From the NCBI RefSeq assembly GCF_036321535.1, contig NC_087436.1:86182001-86246000 (forward strand): a DNA stretch of 64,000 nt, read 5' to 3'. Source of the DNA: Camelus dromedarius (taxonomy: Eukaryota). Both the position numbers and the translations under genes were made by a program. Below are positions 51,432-64,000 of the stretch, piece by piece. The stretch's first letter is position 1. Every line of letters begins with the position of its first letter. The notes beneath the pieces are model-generated. The model was given only the letters and a program-made list of their open reading frames with translations, searched no databases and was not told where the DNA came from.

Positions 51432-53216
51432 TGAATTATATATTTTAATTTAAATTTAGAAGTAGACAAGCCAAATCTTGGGTTTATCTAGTTTTTATTT
51501 TCATATTAAATGACTCACACTATCCTAAATACTTTGCAAAAATAATTTGATCCAGTAGAGGAGTGAATAAGTAAATTATGTCACATGCTATTATATTAAA
51601 TAGCCATCTAAAATTATATTTATAATTTTTATGACAAAGGATATTATGTTAGAGTAGAATACAGCATTCTCTATATGTACATTAATGGTGGTATGGTATA
51701 GTGATTGAGAATGTTGGGTTCAGGTCTAACAACTTACCTCTGTGACCCTAGGCATGTTTCCTAACCTCTTTAAACTCTTGTTGACATATCTGTAAAATGG
51801 CAGTATTTACCTCCTTATTTGAATAGGATTGTTGTAAGGATAAAATGAAATAGTATTTGTAAAGCTTGTAGCTAAAGAGCTCAAAGCAAGTGTCTAATAA
51901 ATATTGATTAATAGCATTATTACTGATGTAAGAAGAGTACCAGTAGAAGAAATCAAATGGTAATAATGCTTATTTTTAGTTGGTGAGATTATGGGGAATT
52001 CTGTTTTTTGTTTTTTTTAAAGAAAAGTTTTTGTATTTTATAAGTTTCCCATGGTGATTATATAATGATCCTATACAGAAAAAATGATCTAAAGAGTCAT
52101 AATTTTGACTGCTTATAGGAACAGTTTTTCAAGATATGGATAGATACGGCAAACTAGTATAGATTGAATGTTATATTTGTGTTAAAAAGTTTTTTAAAAT
52201 TATGGTAATTTTATGTATAAAAATTAAATATTGTTAAATTGAAAGTGAATGAATAGATTTATGTGGATACATTTTATTTTGTCATCAAATAATGATAAGA
52301 AATATTGAACAGCAAATTCTGTTTGTCCTTTGTTGTTGCTATAAAATAAGATATATATTTCTACTGAAAAATTTTTTAACTAGTACATTTTATTGATAGG
52401 AAGCAGATATTGCCTTTGTAATAGAATTACTTTTGTAATATTTATTGTAATATTTACTTTGCTCTAAGAATGTTTCTTTTTTTTTCCCCTCATAGTTCTC
52501 ACCAGATCATCTTCCTATTATAGTTTTCTTTCTTTTTTTTTTTAAATCTGGTTGTCTCTGCATCCACAGTTGAATTTATAGCTCTTGTAGTTTAGATCTC
52601 CTCACTCCCTCCTACTGTTTGGCCATTTCTGTTGTTTACATGACTGCTATAACTTATTTGGTTGGCAATTTGCTATTACTTAAGCCAGCGTATCAGAGAG
52701 CTTTATTACTTTAGAAACCTTTGCGATCTAGTTATTGTTGCTTTTTGAGGTTTTGAAATCCTTTTTTATTTTAAACTTTTTAAATGAGTAAACAAGATAT
52801 TGCAATGTGTACACAGTGTAGGATTTAGAAAACAAAAGTAAACTTCCTATCCTTCTCTACATATTCTTAGTAACAAGATCATTTTTCAGATGCTTTAAAT
52901 TCCTTTTTTTTTTTTTGAGACATAAGGTGGATTGACTTTTTTAGGTTATTCCAGTGTGTAATTTCAGAAAGAACATTTTATCCATCTTTGTAGCATTACG
53001 TCTAAGGTCTTTCTTTGTGTATATATATAATATAATTTTGTATGGACTCTACTATCCAGTGAGCCTAAACAAATATGATTACTGCTTGAAAAACTGCATT
53101 TCCCTGTCATGGGTGTAAACTATTAAGTAATTGGAGAGAGTGACCCTTCATTTATGAAGGATTTTAGAGGCCCTGAAAAATGGTATTTTGTAAGATGGGG
53201 GCAGGATAATTTAGAG

Positions 53217-53676
53217 CAGGGATTTTTTGCTTTTTATTTATCATAGACCCCTTTGTCTGGGGAAGCCTATGAACCCTTTCGTAGAATAATATTTTACTTG
53301 TATTTGGAAAAGTTTAATGTATTTTTAATGTGTAAAATCCAATATGTAGAGTTAAAGGAAACCAATATATATAGTTATCAAAATATTTAAAACCCCTCAG
53401 ATATATAATTTATAAATATTTCTTTATTAATGCATGCAAAATAAGATAGCAGGGGATCCATGGCAATATGATGTGATAGGAAAAATCTGTGATTTCTATG
53501 AGTGATAAGGATACAGGTCCTATTTAATGTACCACACTTAGTTGCATACATTCACAGCCTAAGGGAATATACTACGTTTCAATTAGAGGTTAGTGAGATT
53601 AAAGATGAATTTTTGTTCTGTCAACTTTCGTGGACTCCTGGAATTCTATCTAGGTATTCCATGTTAACAACCTTTG
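53217..53676. mobile_element. hAT-Charlie family DNA transposon with an intact 8-bp TSD
   Basis: CAGGG...cctttg termini; perfect TSD atttagag at 53209-53216 and 53677-53684. An 8-bp TSD with central TA is typical of hAT-Charlie. Confidence 0.8.
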
Positions 53677-54039
53677 ATTTAGAGGTACTAATATAAATAA
53701 AAACTAAAACTCGGCCTAATTGTCAGCCTCTGAACTCTTTTTTGTCCTAATTTGTGATGTGGAATCCTCTTGTATGGTTATAATTGTCTCAGACTCTAAG
53801 ATTTAAATCAGGACCAAAGGCATACTCAATATGCAGCTTAACGTTTTCACCTTCCTGACACTATTCAATAGTTTGGATAACTAGGTTTTTGTCTTGCCTT
53901 TGAAATTCATCCCCAGCTGAGTGCCCCTTTTTATGATGGGTCTTGTTCTGGAGACCTTGTTGTTTATCTGTCCCTTTATTATTTTTAGATCTTCCAGATT
54001 GCCTTTTCCTTTAAAAATATTACCCTAGCCTTTTTGGAA

Positions 54040-57000
54040 AATTATTTAATATACAGTAAAATTCATACTTTTTGATGTACAAGTCTGTGATTTTTGATAG
54101 ATGCATAGAATTGTGTAACTACCACCACAATCAAGATATGTTTCAGTTTTCATTCCAAAAAACTTCCTTTTTCTGTCCCTTTGCAGTCATACAATCTTCA
54201 TCTCTTAAACCACACTCATCTGTTCTCTATCCCTACAGTTCTGCTTTTTCTAGAATGTTATATAAATGGAATTACACAGTGTATGTAGCCACTTGAGTCT
54301 GGCTTCTTTCATTCAAGTATCACTTTTAGAGTCATCTCTTTTGTGTATCAATAGTTCATTCTTTTTCATTGCTGAGTCATATTCCATTGTATGGCTGTAT
54401 CACAACATATCCATTTGCCAGTTGAAGGATTGCGTTGTTTCCAGTTTTGGTGATTTTGAATAAAGCTGCTATGAACTGTCACATGTATATTTTTGTATAA
54501 ACATAAGTTCTATTTTTATGAATGGAGTTGCTGGGTCCTGTGGTAAGTGTATGCTTAATTTTATGAGAGACTTCCAAACGGTTTTCCCAAATGGTTCTAT
54601 CATTTTGCATTCCTACCGGCAATTTATAAGAATTATAGTTGCTCAGTGTCCTTGCCGGTACTTGGTATTTGTTTGTTTTAGAAATTTTAGTCATTCTAAT
54701 AGATGTGATGGCATCTTATTGTGGTTTTAATTTCCATTGCCTTTGTGACTGATGGCATTGAGGACCTTTTAATGTGTTTATTTGCCATTTATACATATTC
54801 TTTGTTCAAGTGTTTATTCAAATATTTTACCCATTTTTAAATAGTTGTTTCTTACTGTTGAATTTTGAGAGTTCTTTATATGTTCTGAATATAAATCACT
54901 TGTCAGATATATAATTTACCAGTATATTTTTCCAGTCTATAGTTTGTCTTTTAATTCTCTTAGTATCTTTGGCAGGGCAAAAGTTTGATTTTGATTAAGT
55001 TCAATTTATCAATTTTTTAAAAATTGATTGTGCATTTGGTGTCATATCTAAGAATTCTTTGCCTAAATTACAGTCACAAGATTTTTCTCAGATGATCTCT
55101 TCTGCATTTTACTTTTAAATCTATGACTCATTTTGAGTCACTGTGTGACTCAGTGTGTGAGATATAGGTCAAAGTTCATTTTTTGCATACAACTCCAAGT
55201 TTTCCAGCACAATTTGGTAAAAAGACTATCCTTTTCCATTAAATTGCCATTGTACATTGTAAAAAATCAATCAAGCCTATTTATGTAGATCTACTTCAGG
55301 ACTCTGCTCTGTTCTATTGATTTCTGTGTATCCATTTTGGTTTTAGTACCACGTCATCTTGTTTATAATACTTTATAGCTTTATAGTAAGTACTTTATAG
55401 CTTTATAGTATATAGTATATGTACATGCTATAGCAATGTAGTACCTATTAAAAAGTACTGTAAATAATATACATCTATATATGTGTATATATAGATATAT
55501 AGTGTGTGTGTGTATAGAGTAGTACTTTATAGTAAGTCTTGAAATCGGGTAGGATGAGTTTTCCAAACTTGATTCTTTCTCAAGATTGTTTTGGATGTTC
55601 TAATTTCTTTCATTTGTCTGTATAAATTTTAGAATGAGCTTGTCAATATCTTAAAAAAAAACTTGGATTTTGATTGGATTGGAATTATAGATCAATATGG
55701 GGAAAATTGACATCTTAACAACATCTTCCAAACAATGAATATGGCATATCTCGGTCTTCTGTGATTTCTTTTTCACCAGTAATTCATAATTTTTTGTGTA
55801 GCATATAGATCATATTTTGTTAACTTTATATGTGTTTGTGTGTGTGTTCGGCACTATTAATGGTATTTTTAAAATTTTGATTTCCCATTGTTCATTGCTA
55901 GTACATAAAAATTAGTCATTTTTTGTATACTGAAATTGTGCTCTGTGATGTTATTGTATTCCAGGAATGTTTTTATAGATTCTGTGGGGTTTTTTACATA
56001 AATAACCTTACTGTTTGTTTTTTTTTTTTCTCCTTCTTCTTGGTTTCTAATCTGCATACCATTTGTTTCTTTTTCTCTTTTTTCACTAGGTAAGATTTCC
56101 AGTAAAATGTGGAGTAGAAGTGAGAGTGGACTCCTTTAGGCCTGGTTTTCTCTACTTTTTTTTTATTTTCAATTTCATTTGTTTTTGCTCTTATTTTTAT
56201 TATTTCTTCTTCTTGCTTTGGATTTGATTTACTTTTTTTTTTCTTTTTAGTTTCTTAAGGTAGAAGCAGAGGTCATTGAGTTGAGAGCTTTCTTTTTTTC
56301 TGATATAAGTATATAAAGCTAAACATTTCCCTCTAGAGCATTGCTTTACCTGCATCCTACATATTTTTATATGCTATATTTTACTTTTATTCAGTTCAAA
56401 ATATTTTCTAATTTTCCTTGAGACTTCCTCTTTGATTTATGTGTTATAAAGAAATGTGTTGTTTAAATACTTGGGAATTTCCCAGACACTTTTCTGTTAC
56501 TGATTTCTAGTTTAAGTCTGTTGTCTAAGAGAACATACTTCGTGTGATTTCTTTTTTGAAAAATGTGTTGTTTTATTCTATGGCCTTGAATATAGTATAT
56601 CTTGTTAGTGGTCTCTTTAAAATTTTTATTTAGGTTCTAGCAGTTTGAGATGTAACTGACATGCAATAAACTGCACATACTTAAAGTGTTATCACTTGAT
56701 GAGTTTTGTTACACATAATACATATATACATGTATACATTAAGATAGTGAATGCATTCATCACCGCTCAAAACTCCCTGTGTCTCTAATCTTTCTTCCCC
56801 TTCCAGGCAATTGCTGATGTGCATTTTGGCACTATGGATTCAGTTGTATTTTTTAGAGTCTTATATAAATGGAACCATACAATATGGGGTTTTGTTTGTT
56901 TGTTTTTGTCTTTTACTCATAATTATTGTGAGATTTATCCATGTCGTTGTATCAGTAGTGATCAATAATTAATTTCCTTTTAGTGTGTATAATGTTCTCA

Positions 57001-60000
57001 TATGGATATATCATATTTGTTTATCCATTCACCTATTGATGGACTTTTATATTGTTTCCAGTTTTGATCTATATAAATAAAGCTGCTGTGAATATTCTTA
57101 AGTCTTTTGATAGACATATACTTTCTTTTCTGTTGAGTAAAAATTCCCAAGAACGGAGTGGCTTGATCATTTGGGTATGTAAATGTTTAATTTTTTAAGA
57201 AACTGAAATACTGCTGAAGTGGTGCTATTATTTTACTGCAAGATTCCCACGAGCAGTGTGTGGTAGTCTGTTTTGCTGCATCCTTTTCAGCATTTAGTGT
57301 GGTTTGCCTTTTTAATTTTAGTCATTCTAATGTGTATGTAATGTTATGATTATGGTTTTATTTTTCATTTCCCTAATAATTAATGATGTGAGCATTTTCT
57401 CATGTGTATTTGCCATTCGTATATTTTCTTTGATAAAGTGGGCTGTTTAAACTTTTTGCCTGTTTTTTAACTGAGTTTTCTTATCGTTTAGTTTTGAGAA
57501 TTCTTTATATATTCTGGAAATAAGTGTATGCTTTGAAAAGATTTCTCCCAGCAATAGCTTGTCTTTTCATCCCCTAACAGTCTTTTCAAGAGAAGATGTT
57601 TTTAATTTTAATTAATCCAGTTTATCCATTTGTCCTTTTATTCACTGTGCTATTAGTGTTACACCTAGTGTTACACCTTAGTTTCCTAAGCCTGGATACA
57701 AAGATTTTTTTTTTCCTTTGTTTCTTCTAGCAGTTTTATAGGTTTATACAGTTAGGTCTATGATTCATTTAGATTTAAGCTTTTTATGTGGTACAGTGTA
57801 GGGATTGAAGTTCTTTTTCTTTTTCTCTTTGTATATAGTTATTCAGTTGTTCCAATAATATTTGTTAGAAAGATTATTCTTTACTAAATTGCCTTTGTAC
57901 CTTTGTTGGAAATTAGTTGTCAGTGTGTATATGCACCTATTTCTTGGCTCTCTTCTCTTCTGCTGATCTTTTTGTCAATCTTGATACCAGTACCACACTG
58001 TCTTGAGTAATAAGTTTTGTAATATCTCTTATAATTGGGTAGTGTTAGTTCTCCTTTTACTCCTTTTTCAAAGAAGTTTTCTTTTCTAGGTCATTTGTAT
58101 TCCATATAAATTTTAGAATCAGCTTTTCACTTTTTACAAAAGAAATCCTTTTGAGACTTTAGTTTGGATTGCATTGAATCTATGGATCAGTTTGGGGAAA
58201 TTGGCATCTTAAAAATATTTTATCTTCTGACCCAGGAAATGATATCTCTCTGTTTACTTATATCTTTAAAGTTTTTTTCTGAGCAGTGTTTTGTAGTTTT
58301 TAGTGTACATGTCTTATATATCTTTTGTTAGATTTATCCATAAGTATTTTTATGCTATTTTAAATGGTATGTATTGTTAAAATTTCAATTATTTATTTTT
58401 CCATGCTAGGGTATAGCTCTGCTAAACTCATCTATTATTTCTGTTACCTTTTTTGTAGAATATTGAAATTTTTTATAGATAGTCGTGTCATCTGCAATGA
58501 GGATGGTATTACTTCTTTCTAATCTGGATTTTTTGTTGTTGTTGCTTTCCCATGCCTTACCACACTGACTAGAATCTCCAGAAACATTGATTAGAAGTAG
58601 TGAGAACACAAAAATAAACTCAAAGTGGCTTAAAAACTTAAGTATAAAACAAGACACTATAAGCTCCTAGAAGAAAACATAGGCAAAACATTTTCTGACA
58701 TAAATCTTAGCAATGATCTCCTAGGGCAATCTACCCAGGCAATAGAAATAAAAGCAAAAATAAACAAATGGTACCTAATTAAACTTACAAGCTTTTGCAC
58801 AGCAAGGAGACCATAAGCAAAACAAAACAACAACTTATGGAATGGGAGAAAATATTTGCAAATGATGCAAATATTATTTCCAGAATATATGAACAGCTCA
58901 TACAACTTAATAACAAAAAAACCCAAACAGCCTGACCTAAAAATGAAGACCTAAACAACCAATTCTCCAATGAAGACATACAAATGGCCAATAGGGACTC
59001 CTGATACTAGAGAGAACATGTTCACATTTTCATCATTCCGTATATTAACTGTAGGGTTTTTGTAGATGCCCTTTATTCTTGAGGAAGTTTTATTCTACTA
59101 GTTTGTAGAGAGTTTTATCAGGAATAGATGTTGAATTTTGTTAAATATCTTTTCTGCTTTTTTTGAGATAGTTATATGTGTTTTTGTTTTTGTTTTTAAT
59201 TTAGAAATACATGGAATTGATTGAATTTTTGGATGCTAAACCAACCTTACATTCCTGGAATGAACCTTACTTGATCATGTCATGTCTATTTTAATATTTG
59301 TGTTGGATTTGATAATAAATTTGTTTAGAAGTTTTACACATGTGTTCATGAGGGATATTTTTATTAAGTCTTCTTGTAATGTCTGATTTTGGCATCAGGG
59401 TAGTGATAGCCTCACAAAATGAGTTGAGAAGTGTTCTCGCCTCTTCAGTTTTCTAGAGGAGTTTCTGCAGAATATGCATTATTTCTTTCTTATGTTTTGG
59501 AAGAATTCAACATTTAAGCCATCTGGACCTGGAGTTTTCTTTGTTAGAATTTTTTAAACTATAAATTCAGTTTCTTTAATGGATGCAGGACTTTTCAGGT
59601 TGTTATTTTATCTTGTTTGAGCTTCTGTTTCTGTTTTTTTCAAGGGACTTGTCCATTTTATCTAAGTGGTTGAATTTTCATAAAATTCATAAAATTCATT
59701 AATTTTTTTTTTTTTTTTTTTTTTACTATTTGTAAAATCTCTAGTGATACCACCTCTCACATTCCTAAAATTGTTAATTTATCCCTTGTTCCTCTCTCTC
59801 TCTCTTTTTTTTTAACTAGTCTGGCTAGAGGTTTATCAGTTTTATTAATCATCTCAGAGATCAGCTTTTGGCTTCATTATTTTTATCAATTTAATATTTT
59901 ATATTTCATTGGTTTCACTCTGCCTTTTATTCTCTCCTTTCTTCTCCTTAACTCTGGATTTAATTTGTTCTTCCTTTTCTAGTTTTTTTAAAGTGGAAGC

Positions 60001-61170
60001 AAAGGTCATTGATTTGAGGCTTCTCTTCTGGGGTTTAGTGTTGTAAATTTCCTTCCTGAATACTGCTTTAGTTGTATTGCCCTGAATTTGATATGTTGTG
60101 TTTTAATTTTCATTCAATTCATTTTATTTTCATATCACTTTTTTTTTTCTACTAGTGCATTATTTGGAAATATTTTATTTAGCTTCCAAATATTTGGGAG
60201 ATTTTGTAGAGATCTTTCTGTTACTGATTTTTAATTTAAGTTCATTTGGGTTAGATAAAACTTTGTGTGTTTTGAATTTTAAATTTATTAAGACCTATTT
60301 TATTACCCAGAATATGAACTGTCTTGATAAGTGATCCTTGTGCACTTGTAAAGAATGTGTATTCTTCTCTTTTTGAGTGGGTGTTTTTTTTTTTTTAATG
60401 TCAACTAGGTCAAGTTGGTTAACTATGTTCAAATCATCTGTATTCTTACTGGTTTTCTGTCTGGTACTATCAATTATCAAGAAAGATGTATTAAAATCTC
60501 TGACTGTAATTATGTAATCATGGGTTTGTCTATTCTTGCCGTTTTTGTTTCATATATTTTGACATTGTAATTAGGTGCATAAACTTTCAGATTTTGTCTA
60601 CTTCATGGATTGACCTTGATAGGTAATAATTTATTGAGGTGAAATTTATGTAACAAAAATTAACCTTTATTAAGTGAACAATTCAGTGGCATTTAGTACA
60701 TTCACAGTGTTGTACAACTATCACCTCTGTCTAGGTCCAAAACATTTTCATCACTCCAAAGTAAAACTTATCCATTAAGCAGTTTCTCCCCATTACCCTT
60801 TCCCTCTAGCTACCACTACTCTGTGTTCTCTCTCTAAGGATTTATCTATCCTGGTAATTTCATATGAATGGAATCATACAATACAGGACCTTTTGTTTCT
60901 GGCTCCTTTCACTTAGCATGTTTTCAAGGTTCTTCCGTGTTGTAACATGTATCAATACTTCATTATTTTTTATGGTTGAATAATATTCCATTATGTGCAT
61001 GTGTCAGAATTTGTTTATCCATTATCCGTTGATGGAGGTTTAGGCTCTTCCCCTCCAAAAGATGACTAGTGCTGCTATGAACATGGGTGTACATGTATTG
61101 TCTGATACTTGTTTTCAATTCTTTTGGGTATATACCTTGGAGTGTGGGGTCATAAGGTAATTTTCTACTT
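54040..61170 (-). mobile_element. Nested block of degraded old L1 elements in CHIC2 intron 3
   Basis: T-rich antisense L1 ORF2 and 3' UTR sequence, with separate L1 3' ends starting at about 54040, 56620 and 60625. Confidence 0.85.
58605..58996 (+). mobile_element. Internal L1 ORF2 fragment in the opposite orientation to the host L1
   Basis: 'acacaaaaataaactcaaagtgg...ctcctagaagaaaacataggc...gaagacatacaaatggccaatagg'; abrupt switch from T-rich to A-rich sequence. Confidence 0.88.
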
Positions 61171-64000
61171 CTTAAAGAACTAGAGCAGTGTTTAGTTTAG
61201 GGCTATCTATTTCCCACTAGTGAGGCAAGACCTGCCTGGATACTCTACTCAGTGGCCTGTTAATTTTGATGTTTACTAGTCTGGCTGATGGGAAGAGGCA
61301 TTGTGCTAGATCTTTGTGAGTTTTGGACACTCTTATCTCTAATCCTTTCTAGTAGTTCTTTGTTCCACCCTGGTAGTTTCCTTACCTGCATGTGCTTCTC
61401 AGTACTGACCTCAGTATTCAGTAGTGACTATTTGAAGATCTTTGGAGTTCTTTGCAGCATCTTCTCTCTGGTACTGTGTCCTGTGCTTCTAGCTGCCCTA
61501 GTTTCCTCAGTCTGAGCTCTGTCTCCTTACTCACAGAGTCCCCAGGCTTTGTCTAGGCTCTCCTTCCATTCATTCACTGTGACCTGGAAGCTCTCTTTTA
61601 TCAATAATCTTGGGAAATCATAGGACCTTTCTCATATGTTTCTGGTCTCTCAGAAATTCTGGTCTTTTATTGTCAAGTTTTATGTGTTTTGGGTTTTTTG
61701 TTTTTTGTGGGGTTTTTTTGGTGGTTTCAGGCCAGAGAGTAAATCTGGTGCCTGTTGCTGCATCTTTGCTGAAAATGAAAGTCTGAATGTTCTCTTTTTA
61801 TAGAAACATTTTTGACATATAAATACTGTGCCAGTGATAGAAGGATTTATATTAATGCTATACTCAAAGAACATATAGTCTATCTGGAGAATTGGGTAGG
61901 TGAATGCAGAGATAGTTTGAGTTTGTAAGTACTTGTCATAATTTTCATGAAGTGTCTCTTATAACAAAAAACAATAAATATGTGTCCTTTGGGTCTAGAA
62001 ATATGAAGCAACCACTTGCAATTACAAAATATATTTGAAGTCTTGTATTATATCTCAGACGCACATTTGACTTTTACATTCTATTACATAATGTACATTT
62101 GTTTCAATAGGAAAGTTTAAAATGACTTATTGAATAAAGTTGATACTCTTGGAATATAAGCATATTTGTCTTATGAAATTGCTGGTTTTAGCTACCATTT
62201 CTTTATGCTGCTAATGTGCCATTCTCTGGAAGTTACTTATTCATTGAATCAGTTAATGTTTCTGAAGCTGCACTGTGGGCTTGTTACTGTTTTAGATGCC
62301 ATTTAGATACTGTTTAGAGGTTATGTGTTTCCTCTTGTGGACTTAAAAGATAGAAAGCAGTAAAGTAATTACGAATAGTGGTAAGTGCTTGAAAGACAAT
62401 AAAACAGGAAACCTCAGCCTTTTAGTAGGTTCTTTGTAAGAGCCTGAGGAGCTCACAAGCAAATAAGATGCTTCAGCTTCAATAAATAGATTTTACGACA
62501 TTTACTTTGCAAAAGCTTATTTTCGTTTATACTTTTGTTTACTTTTCTTCTTGATTGTGCCTTAATTGTAGTATTATAGTTTAGAAAATTGACGTCTAAG
62601 TAAGTGAACTCTCTATGACTTGTAATTGCTTTCAGCCTGGCTCATTTATTGAGGAAACAAGATTCATAATTTTACTGTATGTTGTGTTACAGTATTTTCT
62701 GTTTATTTCTTTTGGTTTATTTTTTATACTAAAGTAACTATTAGCTTTAGTCTTCTGAGACTTTGCACATATATATCGTATCCCAACTTTAGTGATTTTA
62801 TAGACTTTGTTCATATATGCTCTCAGCCATTATCCTTTCTGACTAAAGAATACTAACTTTTAGGGTGTTTATACCAACTTCTTAATCTTGTGAGTTGTCT
62901 TAACCTCTTTTTTTAGTGCTTTAATCTCTCTTACATATGATGACCAGAATTGTGTGGCTTTCTAGAGTGCTCTCTATATGATTTGTTGTAAATAGTGTAT
63001 ATGTGGATTCCCTTTATACTCTTAATTTGTAGTCAGTCCTGTATCAAGGAATCATTCCCTTAGGAATAGGAAAGTAGGTTGCAACATGTGGTAGCTAAGA
63101 CTTGCACTTTGGTGCTAGAAAGAGCTGGCTTGGAAAGTGGCACTCAATGACTGATCAGTTCACTCTCTCTAGACCTCAGTTTTTAAGCTCTCTAAAATGA
63201 AGTTAATCTCTTCCTTGCAGCATTGTTTTTAAAATTTGAGCAAGTGCATATAGAGTACTTCATGTAGGATTTTGCCTATAGTATATGCTTAATGGCAGTT
63301 GCTGTTAATACCATTTTATTATTATTCTTCCCAGTCTCTGTCTTGCTAACTGCTAAATCCCCAGTGCCTCTCACAGTGCCTCTCATCTACTTTATTTTCA
63401 ATAAATATTTGCTGAATGAATGTACTTGTATATTTGCTGAATGAATGCACCTTTGACTTCTGAAACTCTAGAGTAGTAAGATTATAACATTTCAGAAGAT
63501 ATGGTCTTCACCATTCAAAACTAGATTCCCAAGTAAGTAAAAGCATCTTGTCTTTTAGAGTAAATAACAGACTTTTTCTACAGGGGCAATATGATAAAGT
63601 CTAAAAGACAGCAAATCACTGTTTGAAGCTGAGTGACTTTAACTGAGTCGCTTAAAACCGTGTTGAGCCTAGAGTTTCACCACCGCCACCCCTCCTTTTT
63701 CTTTTAATCTCAGGAAAGGAGAGGCTGACTAATCGCTCCAGGTATTCTCTAGCTCTGAAAATCTATAATCCTTTGAAAACTGAACTGTGTAGGTCTACAA
63801 AACATCACTATTTCTAAGCTCTAAGTAAAAAAAGGTCTCCATATTGATTTTTATTTCAAATCTAAAGAATTAACATTTTAAAACATTTTCTTTTAAGTTT
63901 TTTTCCCTTTTTTTTTTTTGGCTTTGCTGAGTTTTAGTAGATAATTGCTGTTAGTTTTGAAACTTTGATTGAAAGAGCTTGTATCTAATCTACTTCTTTT

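Noticed and set aside
55368..63450. Short local tandem duplications (about 55368-55410, 57654-57677, 59676-59699, 63405-63447)
   Set aside because: Ordinary slippage duplications inside decayed repeats, with no regular repeat-spacer architecture, so not CRISPR-like.

Overview
Eutherian mammalian genomic DNA, probably a camelid judging from the tRNA-derived SINE type (inference). It contains the head-to-head GSX2/CHIC2 gene pair. GSX2 (homeobox) is on the minus strand at the left end: exon 1 CDS 961-1534, and exon 2 from 267 running off the window. It has a TATA/CpG-island promoter and about 6 kb of largely repeat-free upstream DNA rich in homeodomain, SOX and TCF motifs. CHIC2 is on the plus strand, with coding exons 1-3 at 32032-32150, 51068-51122 and 51270-51425; later exons lie outside the window. 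The remainder is intergenic or intronic DNA full of L1, L2, MIR, MaLR/ERV LTR, hAT transposon and SINE relics. A frameshifted RPL41 retrocopy is joined to an L1 3' end. I see no evidence of a wholly new biological system. The best leads are a candidate GSX2 autoregulatory dimer site, a CHIC2 uORF separated from the CDS by a single in-frame TAG, the RPL41-L1 composite insertion and an atypical tail-less L1 capture. All repeat-family names come from recognition, not from a database search.
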